DNA of 63,333 bases, the filler included, from Octopus bimaculoides (taxonomy: Eukaryota): the NCBI RefSeq assembly GCF_001194135.2. It is 4 parts of 4 records of this genome, joined end to end, with 100 filler letters (N's around TTAATTAATTAA, not from the genome) between each part and the next. Parts side by side here need not be neighbours in the genome. Positions count along the whole stretch, not along the records: positions 32,626 to 58,647 come from NC_068995.1; 3 more parts are not named here. One strand, given 5' to 3'. Below, one piece after another: positions 40,031 through 54,173 of this stretch (position 1 is its first letter; the number at the start of each line of letters is the position of its first letter). Below the pieces are notes generated by a model that had not been told where the DNA came from, made no database searches, and worked only from the letters and a program-made list of their open reading frames with translations. Both the position numbers and the translations under genes were made by a program.

Positions 40031-40959
40031 AAAATTACCAAAATTCAACCATTAGCATTCAGATTACTCTGCCAAATGTTATACTTGTTTATTCATCTTT
40101 TTTCAATCAATCATGCATTATCACAAAACTTTGAAAATTTGATGCTTTCAAATTTTTCCGCACAGGGCCAGTAATTTTAGGGGAGGGGATTATTCAATTA
40201 CATCAACCCCAGCGTTCAACTGGTATTTATTTTATTGATTCCAAACGGATGAAAGAGAAAGTCAAGAGCAAATAACTTCAGCACAGACGTGATGGAGATG
40301 TGAAAGTTCTTGATGGAAACGAATCTGTTCAAATTTAATCTGGTACAATTACAATTTGGTTTGGTATCATAAAAATGTGGTGGGGAGAAGGAAGAGGAAG
40401 AAACAAAACAATTACATAACGGGGGAATGGGTAGTAGATAATCACAGTAACAAGAACAACAGCAATAACAGAAAATAAACAAAAAAGAAAAAATGTCCAC
40501 CACCCCCTCTCCCCATGCCCAGACAATAATTTTAATAAAATAAATGAAAGCAAAGTGAATAAGCAAAAGTTGAGAGAGTTATACAGAAAGTGAGAAGAGG
40601 ATATCTAAAATTGTCAAAAAAAAAACAAACAAAAAAAATTACATAAAAAATAAAAACTAAGAAAAACCATTTTTTTTTGATAAATTTTGATAAATATTTC
40701 CTTTTGTCTCTCATTGTGAAAAAAAAATGTATTAAAAAAGAAAACAAGAAAATGGAATAAAAATATAGAAAAAATATTGATGAACAGAAGAGAAGCAACA
40801 CCCCTAGTAATATATCACACACAAATAAATATACATATGTATATATATTTGTATGTATATGTACACTCATCTTATATATGTCTATGCACATATACACACA
40901 AACATATACTTACATGTGTGTGTATACACTTAAAGGTATGCATATATATATTCATACAA

Positions 40960-41015
<56 letters not shown>

Positions 41016-41990
41016 TCATACAAACATATATATTCATACTTACATATATATTCATACACACACATATCCATATATGTATACACACACACAAACACATGTA
41101 GAAATAATCTACCCACAGGCACAAACACAAACACACACTGTAATTGTACCATAGAAATATTGTACATATATGTAAATTATTTCTAAGGTATAATTAATGA
41201 GTATGTGTGTGTGTGTGTGTGCGTTTGTATACCACGCACACACATATGAATAGAGATGCATAAACACAAACACACAAAAATAAAGGATTTCGGAGAAATG
41301 TATTACTACTGCTGTTGTGGCTGTTATTATTATTATTATTATTAATATTATTATTATTATTATCATTATTATTATTATTTTGTCTACAAAGATATTCAAC
41401 AAAGTTATGAGAAACATTTAACCGATGAGAAACTGGTCAACTACATGGGTGGGGTGGAGGTCGGGGGTGAATGGTCAAAAAGAAAAAATAACTGTGTATG
41501 TATGCATGTGTGTGTGTGAGTGTGTGCGTATGTATATCATATATATACACACATGAATATATATATATNNNNNNNNNNNNNNNNNNNNNNNNNNNNNNNN
41601 NNNNNNNNNNNNNNNNNNNNNNNNNNNNNNNNNNNNNNNNNNNNNNNNNNNNNNNNNNNNNNNNNNNNNNNNNNNNNNNNNNNNNNNNNNNNNNNNNNNN
41701 NNNNNNNNNNNNNNNNNNNNNNNNCATATATGTAAATTATTTCTAAGGTATAATTAATGAGTATGTGTGTGTGTGTGTGTGTATGTATATATATAGAGAG
41801 AGAGACAGACAGACACACACACATGTATATGAGGAAATAAAATAAATAAGGAGATAAATTATATATATTAAAAAAATAATATGGTAATTCATCTTTGGAT
41901 GGATGCATTCCATAATTGAACTGTTATAAAGAGGGTGTGGTTGATGGGCAGGCTGGAGATTTGGAATTGGTAAGGAAAGAGAGAGAGAGG

Positions 41991-42033
<43 letters not shown>

Positions 42034-42213
42034 ATAGTAAGAGAAAAGAAGACATATAGTGTGGGAGGGATTGCAAGAAAGATTGGCAATCAATTTGGCT
42101 AAATTCTATCTTCTGGAAATCACCAATTAGAAGTGATGCCAGTGATCGATGAGTATTGGAGATAGATTTTGACTATGTATGTATGAATGTACAAACATGT
42201 GTGTGTGTATATG

Positions 42214-42265
<52 letters not shown>

Positions 42266-43139
42266 TATATATGTATATTTGGTTGCACTATTGGTCAAGT
42301 GAGCATAAGTATTGTGGAACAACGTTTAACTCTTTCTCATTCAGAATCTGATACCAAAACTGAAAACAACAAATGGTACTTCCTGGTTAACACTATGGAA
42401 TCTGTTGAAGAAATCCAGAAAAATGCTTTAATCTTCAAACGTGTCCACTGACGTAAATGGTTAACAGAGCAAAGACTGGAGAGATGAGGAATGAATGACA
42501 AGAATTCTTTCGGCTTTTTGTTCTATTTTTCTTTTTTCGTCCACAGCCTTGTTGACATTTTACCAGATTTGATGACATATAAGACACACTTTTTCGTTCT
42601 AAAATAAGGGTAGCAAAAACTCAACTCAGGTCCCAGAGTTAGGCATCCCATAAGCTTTAATACACTGAGAAGTGTTTTTCCATGAATACATGTATGTCAA
42701 ATGTACAAATACATACATGAGAATGTTTACACTCTGTGCTTTCTATAAAAGTATTGAGCTAAAAATTGGTGACATCTATTGACATTATCCGTTGAAAAGA
42801 AATATATGTTGTCCTGTAATCCGGCATTTTGGAAGTCAAGTGGAATAAAGAATATAACTCTTATTTTAAAAATAGGTGATGGTTGATGGAAACAAGGGAT
42901 TCAAACTGTAACACAATGTCTCAATAAAATATATATTGGTTGAGCCAATGCAAGCAAGAAAAAGGATGTAAAATGAATCAAGACATAAATAAATGAATGA
43001 AGAAACATATATTGAAATGTTAAATTAGATTTTTATTTTAAAACTAGTTTAAGAATAACAACAGAATTTTTATCAATGTGGCATCAAATTACTGACAGTA
43101 GAATCCACTTTATTTTGAAGTTTGAGTCGACTGAGACAT

Positions 43140-43430
43140 TACAATCATCATCATCATCATCATCATCAACATCACCATCATCATTTAACGCCTGTTTTCC
43201 ATGCTGGGATGGGTTGGACAGTCTGACTGAGGTCTGGAAAGCCAGCAGCTGCACCAGGCTCCAATTTGATCTGCCAAGGTTTCTACAGCTGGATGCCCTT
43301 CCTAACGTTAACCACTCTGAGAGTGTAGTGGGTGCTTTTTATGTGCCACCGGCACAGGAGCCAGTCAGACGGGCCTGGCATCAATCATGTTCGGATGCTG
43401 CTTTTTACATGCCATTGGCACAGGAGCTTG
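43140..43430 (-). mobile_element. SINE family C 3' portion with (GAT)n tail
   Basis: GGAAGGGCATCCAGCTGTAGAAAC core and CCAACCCAT.CCAGCATGGAAAA..(GAT)n tail. Related pieces at 38205-38370, 45215-45345, 45920-46025, 47545-47660 and 56520-56640. Confidence 0.75.
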
Positions 43431-43464
43431 TCAGGCTGCTCTCTCTATATATATATACACACAC

Positions 43465-43504
<40 letters not shown>

Positions 43505-44089
43505 NNNNNNNNNNNNNNNNNNNNNNNNNNNNNNNNNNNNNNNNNNNNNNNNNNNNNNNNNNNNNNNNNNNNNNNNNNNNNNNNNNNNNNNNNNNNNNNN
43601 NNNNNNNNNNNNNNNNNNNNNNNNNNNNNNNNNNNNNNNNNNNNNNNNNNNNNNNNNNNNNNNNNNNNNNNNNNNNNNNNNNNNNNNNNNNNNNNNNNNN
43701 NNNNNNNNNNNNNNNNNNNNNNNNNNNNNNNNNNNNNNNNNNNNNNNNNNNNNNNNNNNNNNNNNNNNNNNNNNNNNNNNNNNNNNNNNNNNNNNNNNNN
43801 NNNNNNNNNNNNNNNNNNNNNNNNNNNNNNNNNNNNNNNNNNNNNNNNNNNNNNNNNNNNNNNNNNNNNNNNNNNNNNNNNNNNNNNNNNNNNNNNNNNN
43901 NNNNNNNNNNNNNNNNNNNNNNNNNNNNNNNNNNNNNNNNNNNNNNNNNNNNNNNNNNNNNNNNNNNNNNNNNNNNNNNNNNNNNNNNNNNNNNNNNNNN
44001 NNNNNNNNNNNNNNNNNNNNNNNNNNNNNNNNNNNNNNNNNNNNNNNNNNNNNNNNNNNNNNNNNNNNNNNNNNNNNNNNNNNNNNNNN

Positions 44090-44162
<73 letters not shown>

Positions 44163-44461
44163 TACAACAATACACAGTGAGTTATTACAAATGGAGTCTC
44201 CATCAGTTTTGACAATCAGTATTCAACAGCCAAATGAAGTGAACTGCTTCCTCATTGAATCAGCTTCCAAATACCGAAATATTTTCAACCCTTTTCATAC
44301 CAATTTTCATTTAAACTGTCCTTAGTCCCATGATACAAACTTCCTGTTTTAAAGTGTTAGAAATTGAAATTTGCCATATATCTGCCTGTCACTGGGGATA
44401 TCGAAAGACCCAGATTTGATCACCTACCCAAGGGGTAGAAGGGTGGGTTATACGATTTAAG

Positions 44462-45345
44462 TGTAGGCATGGCTGTGTGGTAAGAAGTTTGCTTCCCAAC
44501 CACATGGTTCCGGGTTCAGTCCCACTATGTAGCACCTTGGGTCAGTGTCTCCTACTCAAAACCTTGTAAGTGGATTTCATATCCTACAACTTTGGATGAA
44601 ATGCTGCCAAGCATTTCATCCATCTTTATGTTCAAATTCTGTCAAGGTCGACTTTCATCCTTCAGTGGGTCGATGAAATAAGTACCAGCTGCACACTGGG
44701 GTCAATGTAATCAACTTACCCATTGTTAATATTATTATCATTATGATAATTATTATTACAAGTGTGGCTCAGTGGTTAGGAAGTTTGCTTCCTCATGACA
44801 TGGCTTTGGGTTCAATCCTACAGTGTGGTACCTTGGGCAAGTGTCTTCTACTAAAGTTTCAAGCTGACCAAAGCCTTACAAGTGGATATGTTACACAGAA
44901 ACTGAAAGCAGAATGTTGTGTTGGTTTGTGTCTCCTTGTCTTCATAATTGTAATGGCGGTGGCATAATTAAAGTAACAAGCTGGCAGAATCGTTAGTATG
45001 CCAGGCAATATGCTTGGCGATATTTCATTCGAAGTTCAAATTCCACCAAGACCAACTTTGCTGGTCATCCTTTCGGGGTCGATTAAATAAGTACCAGTTA
45101 CATACTGGCATTGATGTAATCGACTTAATCTTTGTCTGTCCCCTCTATGTTTAGCCCCCTGTGGGCAATAAAGAAATAATTATTCTGTGCAAACACACCG
45201 GGCTATGGAGAAATATTACTTTTCTTCGAAACAAGTGTGGGTTGGTGACAGGAAAGGCATCCAGTTGTAAAAAATCTACTGCCTCAATAAATTCCGTCCA
45301 ATCCACACAAGCACCACGGGATGATGATGATGATGATGATGATGA
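44462..45345 (+). mobile_element. Cluster of five co-oriented SINE pieces (A, B, A, B, C)
   Basis: A head about 44462-44580, B about 44595-44725, A about 44755-44960, B about 44960-45180, C tail about 45215-45345. Confidence 0.7.
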
Positions 45346-46204
45346 ATATTTCGTCACCAGATGAATAAGATTAATCTAAAAATAACAGATGCAACAGCAT
45401 TTGTTATACAAGAACGGCCCTCACTGTGAGAAGAACTTATAATTTCTATGATGCAGAGACATGACAAATGCTAGCATTCTGGCCAGTTTCCAAGACAATA
45501 TCCATCTTTCTATTAGGCTGTACAACAATAACCCTTGACAAAATACACTTAGAGACCTAGCAATGTCAGAAAATGTTGTGAGTGTGGGGGGGGGGTCACC
45601 CAGTTTGATCATCTGTCATACAAAGTTCAGTTGTACTGTTTAAGAACATTCACTGGTCTATGAGAGCCTTTGAGGAACTTTAACCATTCCACTTTGGCAA
45701 CAACAAGCACACAGCAACCTTAACGTTATTTTTCAGGGCAGCATTGGCTGAAGTGATTCATTATTGAAACAGAAATAATGAAAGACTCCAAGTGTAGCAG
45801 AAGGAATAAGTGGAATGACAAAGGAACTGGAACAATTTCAATATTTAATGAAAATATTCACAAGGAAATCTATTTATTCTTATATGTTTGGGCATGAAAG
45901 AAAAAAAAAATTTTCGTTGGAAATAAAGGAGCTTGGAGAGAGGAAGGGCATTTGGGCATAGAAATCCTGCCTCAATAAAATCTGTCCAACCCATGCAAGC
46001 ATGGAAAAGTGGATGATGATAATGATAAACATCTATGTACAAACACATGTATATGCCTACGTACATACACACACATATATATATAAATATACGTATACAC
46101 ACAGGTGAGCACATAAGTGCAAAACAAGGTGTGGAAAAATTAGTACTCAAATACCAAAGGTAGAGTAATATTCTTTTAATAAAAGCTGCAAAATTATCAC
46201 CAAA

Positions 46205-46243
46205 TTGTTACCCAGAGTTTCACGTTCCCATTCGTCAGACAGC
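46205..46243 (-). ncRNA. Minimal type-I hammerhead ribozyme in a Penelope-like terminal-repeat remnant (about 46095-46250)
   Basis: Minus strand reads TGT-CTGACGA-ATG-GGAA-CGT-GAAA-CTCTGG-GTA-ACA. Intact core, 3-bp stem II closed by a GNRA loop, very short stem III, GUA triplet, 3-bp stem I. Confidence 0.65.
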
Positions 46244-46737
46244 TGTGATATGTAAAGGATGATGATGATGATGGTGTATGTGTTTATATCTATGTGTATG
46301 TGTGTACATACACACATATATATATCTACACATACACAAGCACGTGTGATGATACATAGTGCAAACAGACGTGTGTCATTGTAATTGTTGCTTGGAATGT
46401 CGTGGATGATGTTTAACCACTGCTTAAGATATTAAGAGATGGATTTGAAAGAGAAAGAAGATAACAACAACAACACAATGAACAAACAAAAAATCATGAT
46501 ATTGTCGAGGGTAACAGCAGCGGTGAGAGAGGATGGATGAAGATGATGATGATGATGGTGATGCAGTGTAAGTAAGAAGCACTGGACTGAGAACTGGGTG
46601 CAAGAGCCAGTGAAGCATGGAAATCAGTGAGCAGCGATGCATGAAGAACTATCCAGTACACTGATGTAGCATTGCAACGCATCAATAACAGAGGCTTTCT
46701 TTTTTACTCCTACAATTTCCAGTACTATATATATATA

Positions 46738-46805
<68 letters not shown>

Positions 46806-47869
46806 CCTGTATATGTATATGCATGCGTGTGTGTATAAACATGTACAAACGCATTACATCCAAATAAGTATTAAATATTTACTTTTTTGTCAAAGACAAA
46901 GTTACAATCTAATACATGGGTTTGTATCTGTGTGTGTGTGAATCTAGGTATGTATACATATATGTGTGTTTATGTGTGTATGTATGTATGTATGTATGTA
47001 TGTATGTATATATATTTATGCATGTATCATCATCATCCTCATCATCATCGTTTCATGTCTGTTTTCCATGCTGGCATGGGTTTGACACATGTATGCATAC
47101 ACCCACGCACACACACATATATATACATACTCTGTTTTAGTCCCACTTTGCGGAAGCCTGTTAGATGGATTCTGTCTGTAAGTCAAAGGTTTATCCTTGC
47201 CACACAGTGTCACACAGATTCTATCAGAGAATTAGATTAAGGCATCAATGGACTGTGGAATACTCAGTCACTTTCACATTAAGTCAACGAACTTTGTTAT
47301 TCAATTGGTTGAACACCTGAACATTCATTGCCGAAATTAACGGAGATCTTTTTGCTATGTTAGAAGCACTCAGACCAGGTCTCCGATCTGATTATAGCTT
47401 GTTATCTTGACATGCTGCCATATTTGATGACATAAAAGATATCTGGTGCCTTGCTGTACTCAAGATTTGCCCACCACAGCAGAATTGATATCCTAAACCA
47501 TTTTGGTTAATACCTCCACCCCCTCCCCGCAGCTGCAGACTTCCTTTGTCTTGCATGTTATTCAGTGGCTCCTGTTGGTGCTGGTGCCCTACACTCTGTA
47601 AAAGGATTGGCATTAAGAAGGGACACCCAGCTGTAGAAACCATGTCAATATACACAGCTGGAACCTGGTGTCCATCTACAAAATCCACTTAAAGGGCATT
47701 GGTCAGCCTAAGGATTTCCAAGGTGCCATGCAGTGGAACTGAACCTGAAACCATGTGTTTACAAAACAAGCTTCTTAACCACACAGCTATGCCTGCACCT
47801 ATTTTTAAATAGCTTTGTGTTTTGTTTAGATTAAATATTAAAACTGCTTTGACTAAGTTTTTCAGATGC

Positions 47870-48440
47870 TTTCTTTAACAGGTTTTTATTCTTTGATTCC
47901 ATTCTGGTGGCTATTGATCTACCATGATCATTTCAAAATCCTTCCAGTTACATCCACAACGACTAAAAACTAGAATTTATTTTCAAATAGTCTTTGACTT
48001 TTTTCTGCTTGGATCAAAAGCTAAAATTGCTTTGAGTTAGTGTTTCTGGAGGTTTGGTTCCATTGTTCTTTCCTCTTTGCTTTCAATTTTGGTTGTGATC
48101 AACAGTGATTACTCCTTTTTAGCACCAACTTTGGTTATCTTCACTACTTCAATAAAATATTGCTTTGTAGCTAAAGTGATTCTGTTACAAATATTTAGCA
48201 ACTGGTAGCCATTTTTTTTTTTTTTTGACTAGTGCAAAAATTGTGCATTATATTTCACTGAAGTTTGGCAAACCATTTCTTCAATTAGACACACCATTCT
48301 TTTTTTTTTTTTATCTTCTTTTACTGATAGATTCAGTGATGTAAAATGGTGCATACTTTGTTCATGACTGTACTACACAATGCTTGAATGCTTTACAAGT
48401 AAAATCACAGATTGTAGACTGAATCCTAACAAGATTTTCT
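47870..48440 (-). mobile_element. Decayed LINE apurinic-endonuclease region
   Basis: Minus-strand fragments YAP..SISKEDK, NGYQLLNIC and VDHN occur in the order expected for APE domains. Heavily degraded. Confidence 0.35.
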
Positions 48441-50189
48441 TGGGACTCGGTGTGGATGGTCAGGAGGTGTGATCTGGACCTATAGGCCCTTCAAAGCACA
48501 TCAGTTTCTATAATTTGGTCAAATAGCTTGTATCAATATATGAACACCATTTGATGAATTCTTGGAGGATTGGTGTGTTTTGAGGGATCATTTGTGTAGA
48601 GTAACATATAAAGAGACCCTTCAATAGGGGGAAGAGGACTGGTGTGGATCAATGGAAACCATTTGGCAGAATTTAGAGGGACTGGTGCGAAGGCATACAG
48701 CTGAGTGGTTAGCACTGTATGAATGTATACCAACCTCTCTTCACGCCATCAAATGGCCTACATCAACATATACCTATCTTTCTAAACAGTCAATATCTCC
48801 AGGTCTTTATGAAAGATAGTGAAGATGCTTGTATGTCTTACACTATATGTTAACACTCTAAACATCAATTTTATGCTAGGAAAATACAATAAGACTACAT
48901 TATTTAACATATCCTATACGTAATACCTTTAACACCAACTCACCTGAGTCCATTTCTGGTCACAAATATCCTTTTTATTGAGTTTATATTTCAATTTAAA
49001 CTTTCCATCAAAATTTTGAGAAAGAACCTTTTTGTTAAATTACTTTCCAGACAACAGTTTAACAATGAGAAAATTATTTCATAAAATGCCTCGAAATTCT
49101 TGGTTATTTTGAAAATTAAATGAAATAAATAGACATTAAATTTCATTGGGAATATGGTGTTGAAATGGTTAAAATAACAGAATGTAATAAGAGGGAGACT
49201 TTCTACCTACTTCTTCTCTGTCAAATTAATCGATCAAATGTGTAAAGTCTTCTTCATTGGCTGAAATGGCAATTTGATGTTTTTACTTACAGATCAAATT
49301 CCAATGATTGCTCTTTTTGATGTGAGTATGATGCAGGAGAAAGTATTATTCCTCTCTGAAATACTCTGGTACTTGACTTGTGCAGATTTTTAATCAATCT
49401 TGAGTTGATTAAAAGTGCACTTACTTCAAATAACACCATTCTTTGAAACAATCTGCCTTAGGGAACTCTCTTCTTTCTTGCTTCCCAAATAAATAACATT
49501 GTCATCAACATTATCATTTCATGTCCATTTTCCCAAGCTTGCAAAGGATCAGAGGGAATTTGCAGAAACAGATTTTCTAAAGAAGGCAAAAATTCCTGAC
49601 CAAACTTGATTTTCATGGAAACCTGGAAAAGAACAACCACGCTTCTACAACAGTGACCCTTATTTTACATCCAAGAGAAGTAAGGTCCTAATTCTTTTAG
49701 ATCTTACACTGAGTGTCTTATGATTATTAAGACAGATTCTCATTACACATTTTTATTCTTTAACTTTTTGATGGGGGAAACGATTCTATCCCTTTCTTTT
49801 CGAACCCCTAATATGCAAAGCAGTTTTTTTGGCATCTTGCTGCCTTGTTGGGAGGGATTGCCAATAAAAAAAAATCTTTTTTGAAAGTATAAAAAGAGAA
49901 TGCATTTTGTTTGATGCTCTACCAATTCTTATAATCCATCACCCAAATAATCAGCTGTGATTGTCACTCACAGTCGAGTACAACAGAGCACCAGCTTCAT
50001 GCTTGAGCAAATGCTGTTCCAGAACCCAATGTAGTTGTGGGGCACACAGACATTCCTTGTAAACCTTCCCCACTTCCCTTGAACCAGGGGAACAATCAGG
50101 ATGTGACAAGGCAAAGGGGCTGGGGAGAGAGAGGATGGGTGGGCACCAAGACATGACTGATACTTCAGTTATCAACACATGTAGCCAAA

Positions 50190-50395
50190 TACCTGGCAGT
50201 GACTTGGCTATTAGAGCAAGGTCATCAACAAAGAGAAGCTCCTAGGGGCAGCCTGTCTTGAATTCCTCTGTTATTGCCCGGAGGACTATGACGAATACGA
50301 GCGGGATGAGGACTGGTCCTTGGTGAACTCCTACTTCTACCTGGAATTCTTCTCTATACTCGTTGCCAACCTTCACCTTACTGACAGCATCCAAC
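50190..50395 (-). mobile_element. RTE-clade LINE reverse transcriptase core fragment
   Basis: KVGNEYREEFQVEVGVHQGPVLIPLVFVIVLRAITEEFKTGCP*ELLFVDDLALIA, corresponding to the QG-S-LSP and YADD motifs. Confidence 0.85.
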
Positions 50396-50396
50396 G

Positions 50397-50431
<35 letters not shown>

Positions 50432-51640
50432 TGTGTATACCTTTGTCTCCTGACCAGCTGCTGCTGCTTGGTTTGTTTACATCCCTTTAACTTAGCTGTT
50501 TGGCAAAACAATAGAAAAAAAGTACCACATTTAAAATTAAGTCCTGGGGTTGATTTGTTCAGCTAGACCCTTGAAGGTAGTGCCCCAGCATGGCCAGAGT
50601 CCAATGACTAAAAGAAGTAAAAGAACATAAAAGCACAGGTATACATTCACATGAAAGTACAGATTTGTATTTCTCTCTTTGTAAACATCTGTATGTGTGT
50701 GTGTGTGTGTGTGTTCCTACAGATGGAGAAAAGAATGTACACACACACACACACACACATCATGTGACAGAGATTTGTCAGAATTTTTACATCTAAAATG
50801 TGTCAAAATCCTGTTTCCTCCCTTGGTCTTTTTCCCTCTTACTCTCATAACAGACAAATACATGCAATGAAACACACACACACACACGTGCTCCATATAT
50901 CCCTCCATCCATGAAGACACAGGTATACAAGTCTTCATGTTCCTCAGGTATAACATATATATATAACATACCTGAACAACACACACACACACACACACAC
51001 ACACTGGTGCAGAAACCAGAGTAACCAGCTTTGCACATATTACTAAACTAACCTATCAATGACTCACCACCAGCATTAACACCTGTCACAAGTCTGTGAG
51101 TCACAAACAGAACCTCACTTCACTTCCTTCCTTCCTTCTCTCCCTCTTCTTTCCAAACCATTCACTCACCCCCTCCCTCCTCCCTCCCTTCTCACCTCAC
51201 TCTTTCAGTCACTGACCATTGTTATTAAGTAGTTTTACTGTGCTGTTGTTGTTGTTGTTAATGATGACCACAATACATTACTGACATGGTGATGATGATG
51301 ATGATGATGATGAAAATGATAGGGCTGCTGCTGTTGTCAACGATGACCACAATATGCTATTAACACTGGCCATGGTGATGATGATGATGATGATGATGAT
51401 GATGGTGATACGCAATGGTGATGATGATGATGATAGTGTGGTTGTTGCTGTTGTTGTAAATGATGACTGCATTAAATTCCTGGCAATGATGATGATGATG
51501 CTGGTGATGATGATGATAACAACGAAAGTGATGGTATTGCTGCAACTGTGCTTATTAATGACCCTAATGCATCGCTAATGATGATGATGATGAGGAGGAG
51601 GAGGAGGAGGAGAGAAAGAGGAGGTTAGTGGCATCAAGGA

Positions 51641-51671
<31 letters not shown>

Positions 51672-53693
51672 AATGATGATGACAGCCACATGTTATTGCG
51701 AGAGAAGGTAATGATGATGATGTTGATGTCAGTGATACAGTTATTTTTTAGTGCTGGGTGAATTCATCTATGATTAAAGGCATTCCAGTCATGACCATCC
51801 TGTCTATGTTTGGGGCTAATGTACACAAAACTATGTCACTCACTCTGTCCATTCTATTTCCCTTCTTTAAAAAGAAAAATGGTCATGATTTGAGGAGGGA
51901 GAATTGCCTGCTTTTTCTGGAAGGTCAAAATTTAGCTGCTAGAAACTGTTGATCAAAATTTGGTTGAAATTTCTTGTAGACCAAGAAGAGAATGATTCAA
52001 AGAGGGGCATTTGGCTACTACCTTTAGCAGTTAAATTTAGTTAGGTTGATGTTGCTACTATTGATGACAATGATGATGATGATGGCAATGATAACCACAG
52101 GTGATAATGGAGACAATGATGGTGGTGATTGTGAAGCCCACAAAACAACAGCAATGACAATGATGATGATGACGATGATGATGATGGTGATGGTGATGGT
52201 GATGGTGACAATGAGGACGATGTTGCATTGGTTCTTGTAACTTTGTCGTTGGTTCCATTAATGTGGCTGCAACAAATTTCTTTATTTCTTTGTTATTTCC
52301 AATTACTGTCAGTGAGCCATTGAGGTGCTTGACACTAGTGATGCACACACATACACACACATATCTATATGCACACACAAACACACACATATCTATATGC
52401 ACACACAAACACACACATATCTATATGCACACACAGACACACACTCACATGTGTATCTGTGTGTGTAAACTCTCTTTGTTAAGGAAATACATGTGGCCTC
52501 CGTGTGACTTCTCTGGCCGACACCAATTACCTAATTATAATCAGTCTACAATCACTTCACACAACGGTGGATTAATTTGGTGTTGCAAACTGATATATGC
52601 GCACACACACATGCGTGCACACGGACTCATTCACATTTGCACATATATAGATGCAGGCATGGCCGTAAGGTTAAGCAGTTTGCATCCGAACCACATGGTT
52701 TTGGGTTCAATCCTTGGTTAAGTGTATTCTGTTAAAACCCTGGGTCAACCAATGCTTTGTGAATAAATCTGATACACAGGGACTGTATAAAGGCCATCGT
52801 ACACGTGTGAGTGAATCTGTGTGAGTGTGTGAAGATGTGTGGCCTGGTGGTAAGGGTGTTGCACTCGCAACCACCGGATAGTGGGTTCAATTCCTGGACT
52901 TGACAGTGCCTTGTGTTCTTGAGCAAAACACATCATTTCATGTTACTCTGGAGGAGGGTGAGTAGCAGAGTCATTAGCAGATTCACAGAGATGCTTTAGC
53001 TTCTTTATCTTCTGATGTTCTACATTATGAGTTCAAATCCCACCCACCTGCAGAAGGCATCAGAAAACTACTCCAGTTTTCATCTCAGGTCTGGTCATGG
53101 AAGTTGCAATTCTAGTAATCTACTTAACGGCAGGAGGAGAGGGTATGGAAAAATTTCCATAACACATGGAGAGTGTTGGTGAGGGTTCAAATGCAGAGGA
53201 CATGCCCAATAGTAGACCACCACTAGACTAGACTGTGATGGCTGATTTTTAGAACGACATTGTAGGGTAGGTGTGATAAGCAGGAACTGACCAGTTTGGA
53301 AATAAAACAGGTAGAAAATTTGGGCAGGATATGGCTAGTTTAAATGCTAAAGGCTTAACATTTTCAAATCATGCACCATGAGCTTGTGTACCTAAACACC
53401 ATTTAGCAAATCCACAATGATTATATGAAGAAATACATTAAATATATCCTCCACTGGAGATATGCCGACCTTGATTCTTAACAACCAAAAGCTGTTAGAG
53501 CTTCAACCCAATGAATGATCCTTCTCTATGGGGATAGAAGGTACTCTGCCAACCCCACCGAACCCCATCCCACTCCACCAAGAATTACTGATACAGTATA
53601 AAAGATGAGGTGTAGCCCCTTTTGGATCACCCTGTGACCCACTCAACTGGGATAGAGCTGCTCTTCTGCATAATACTAAAATCCTGGAGTAAA

Positions 53694-53754
53694 CCCCAAC
53701 CTTTTTAGTTTGTGCACCAGACCAGTTTCATGCAAGACAATTTTTTCATGGTCC
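53694..53754 (+). mobile_element. hAT-Charlie (MER1/Charlie3-like) terminal fragment
   Basis: CCCCAACCTTTTT..GCACCAG-ACCAGTTTCATGCAAGACAATTTTTTCATGG resembles the MER1 terminus as I recall it. Not aligned to a database. Confidence 0.45.
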
Positions 53755-54173
53755 AATGGATCATGCACAGAATAAAACACAATAAAGAGCTTTATATATA
53801 ATTTAATTATCACATAAATAATGCAAAGACACCTCACTGACAGCAAAAGTCAATAAAATAGAAACAAGATTTCCAGGCACATTCTCTCTTCTCTCTGCCT
53901 TTCAAACTATAATGGCTTCAGTTCCTCAGAGCAGGTTGCATTTATGTTACATCTACTCAGATGTTCCCGATCAACTCATCTCTCCTCCTCTTGTCACCAC
54001 TTATTTGCTTTACCCGACCCCCACCCCCTGTGAAGCCCTACACTGATCCCCATGCCCAAGGTCTTCTCTCTCCAGAATACTCTGGAATTTCCTTTATGTT
54101 CATATTTTTCCTGCAGGCATTGATTTACAAAGGTTCAAGAGGAACACCAAAGGTATCAATAACACAGGTCGAG

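Noticed and set aside
49960-50065. Cys-rich reading VEYNRAPASCLSKCCSRTQCSC
   Set aside because: Short, terminated by a stop, with no donor site or recognisable family.
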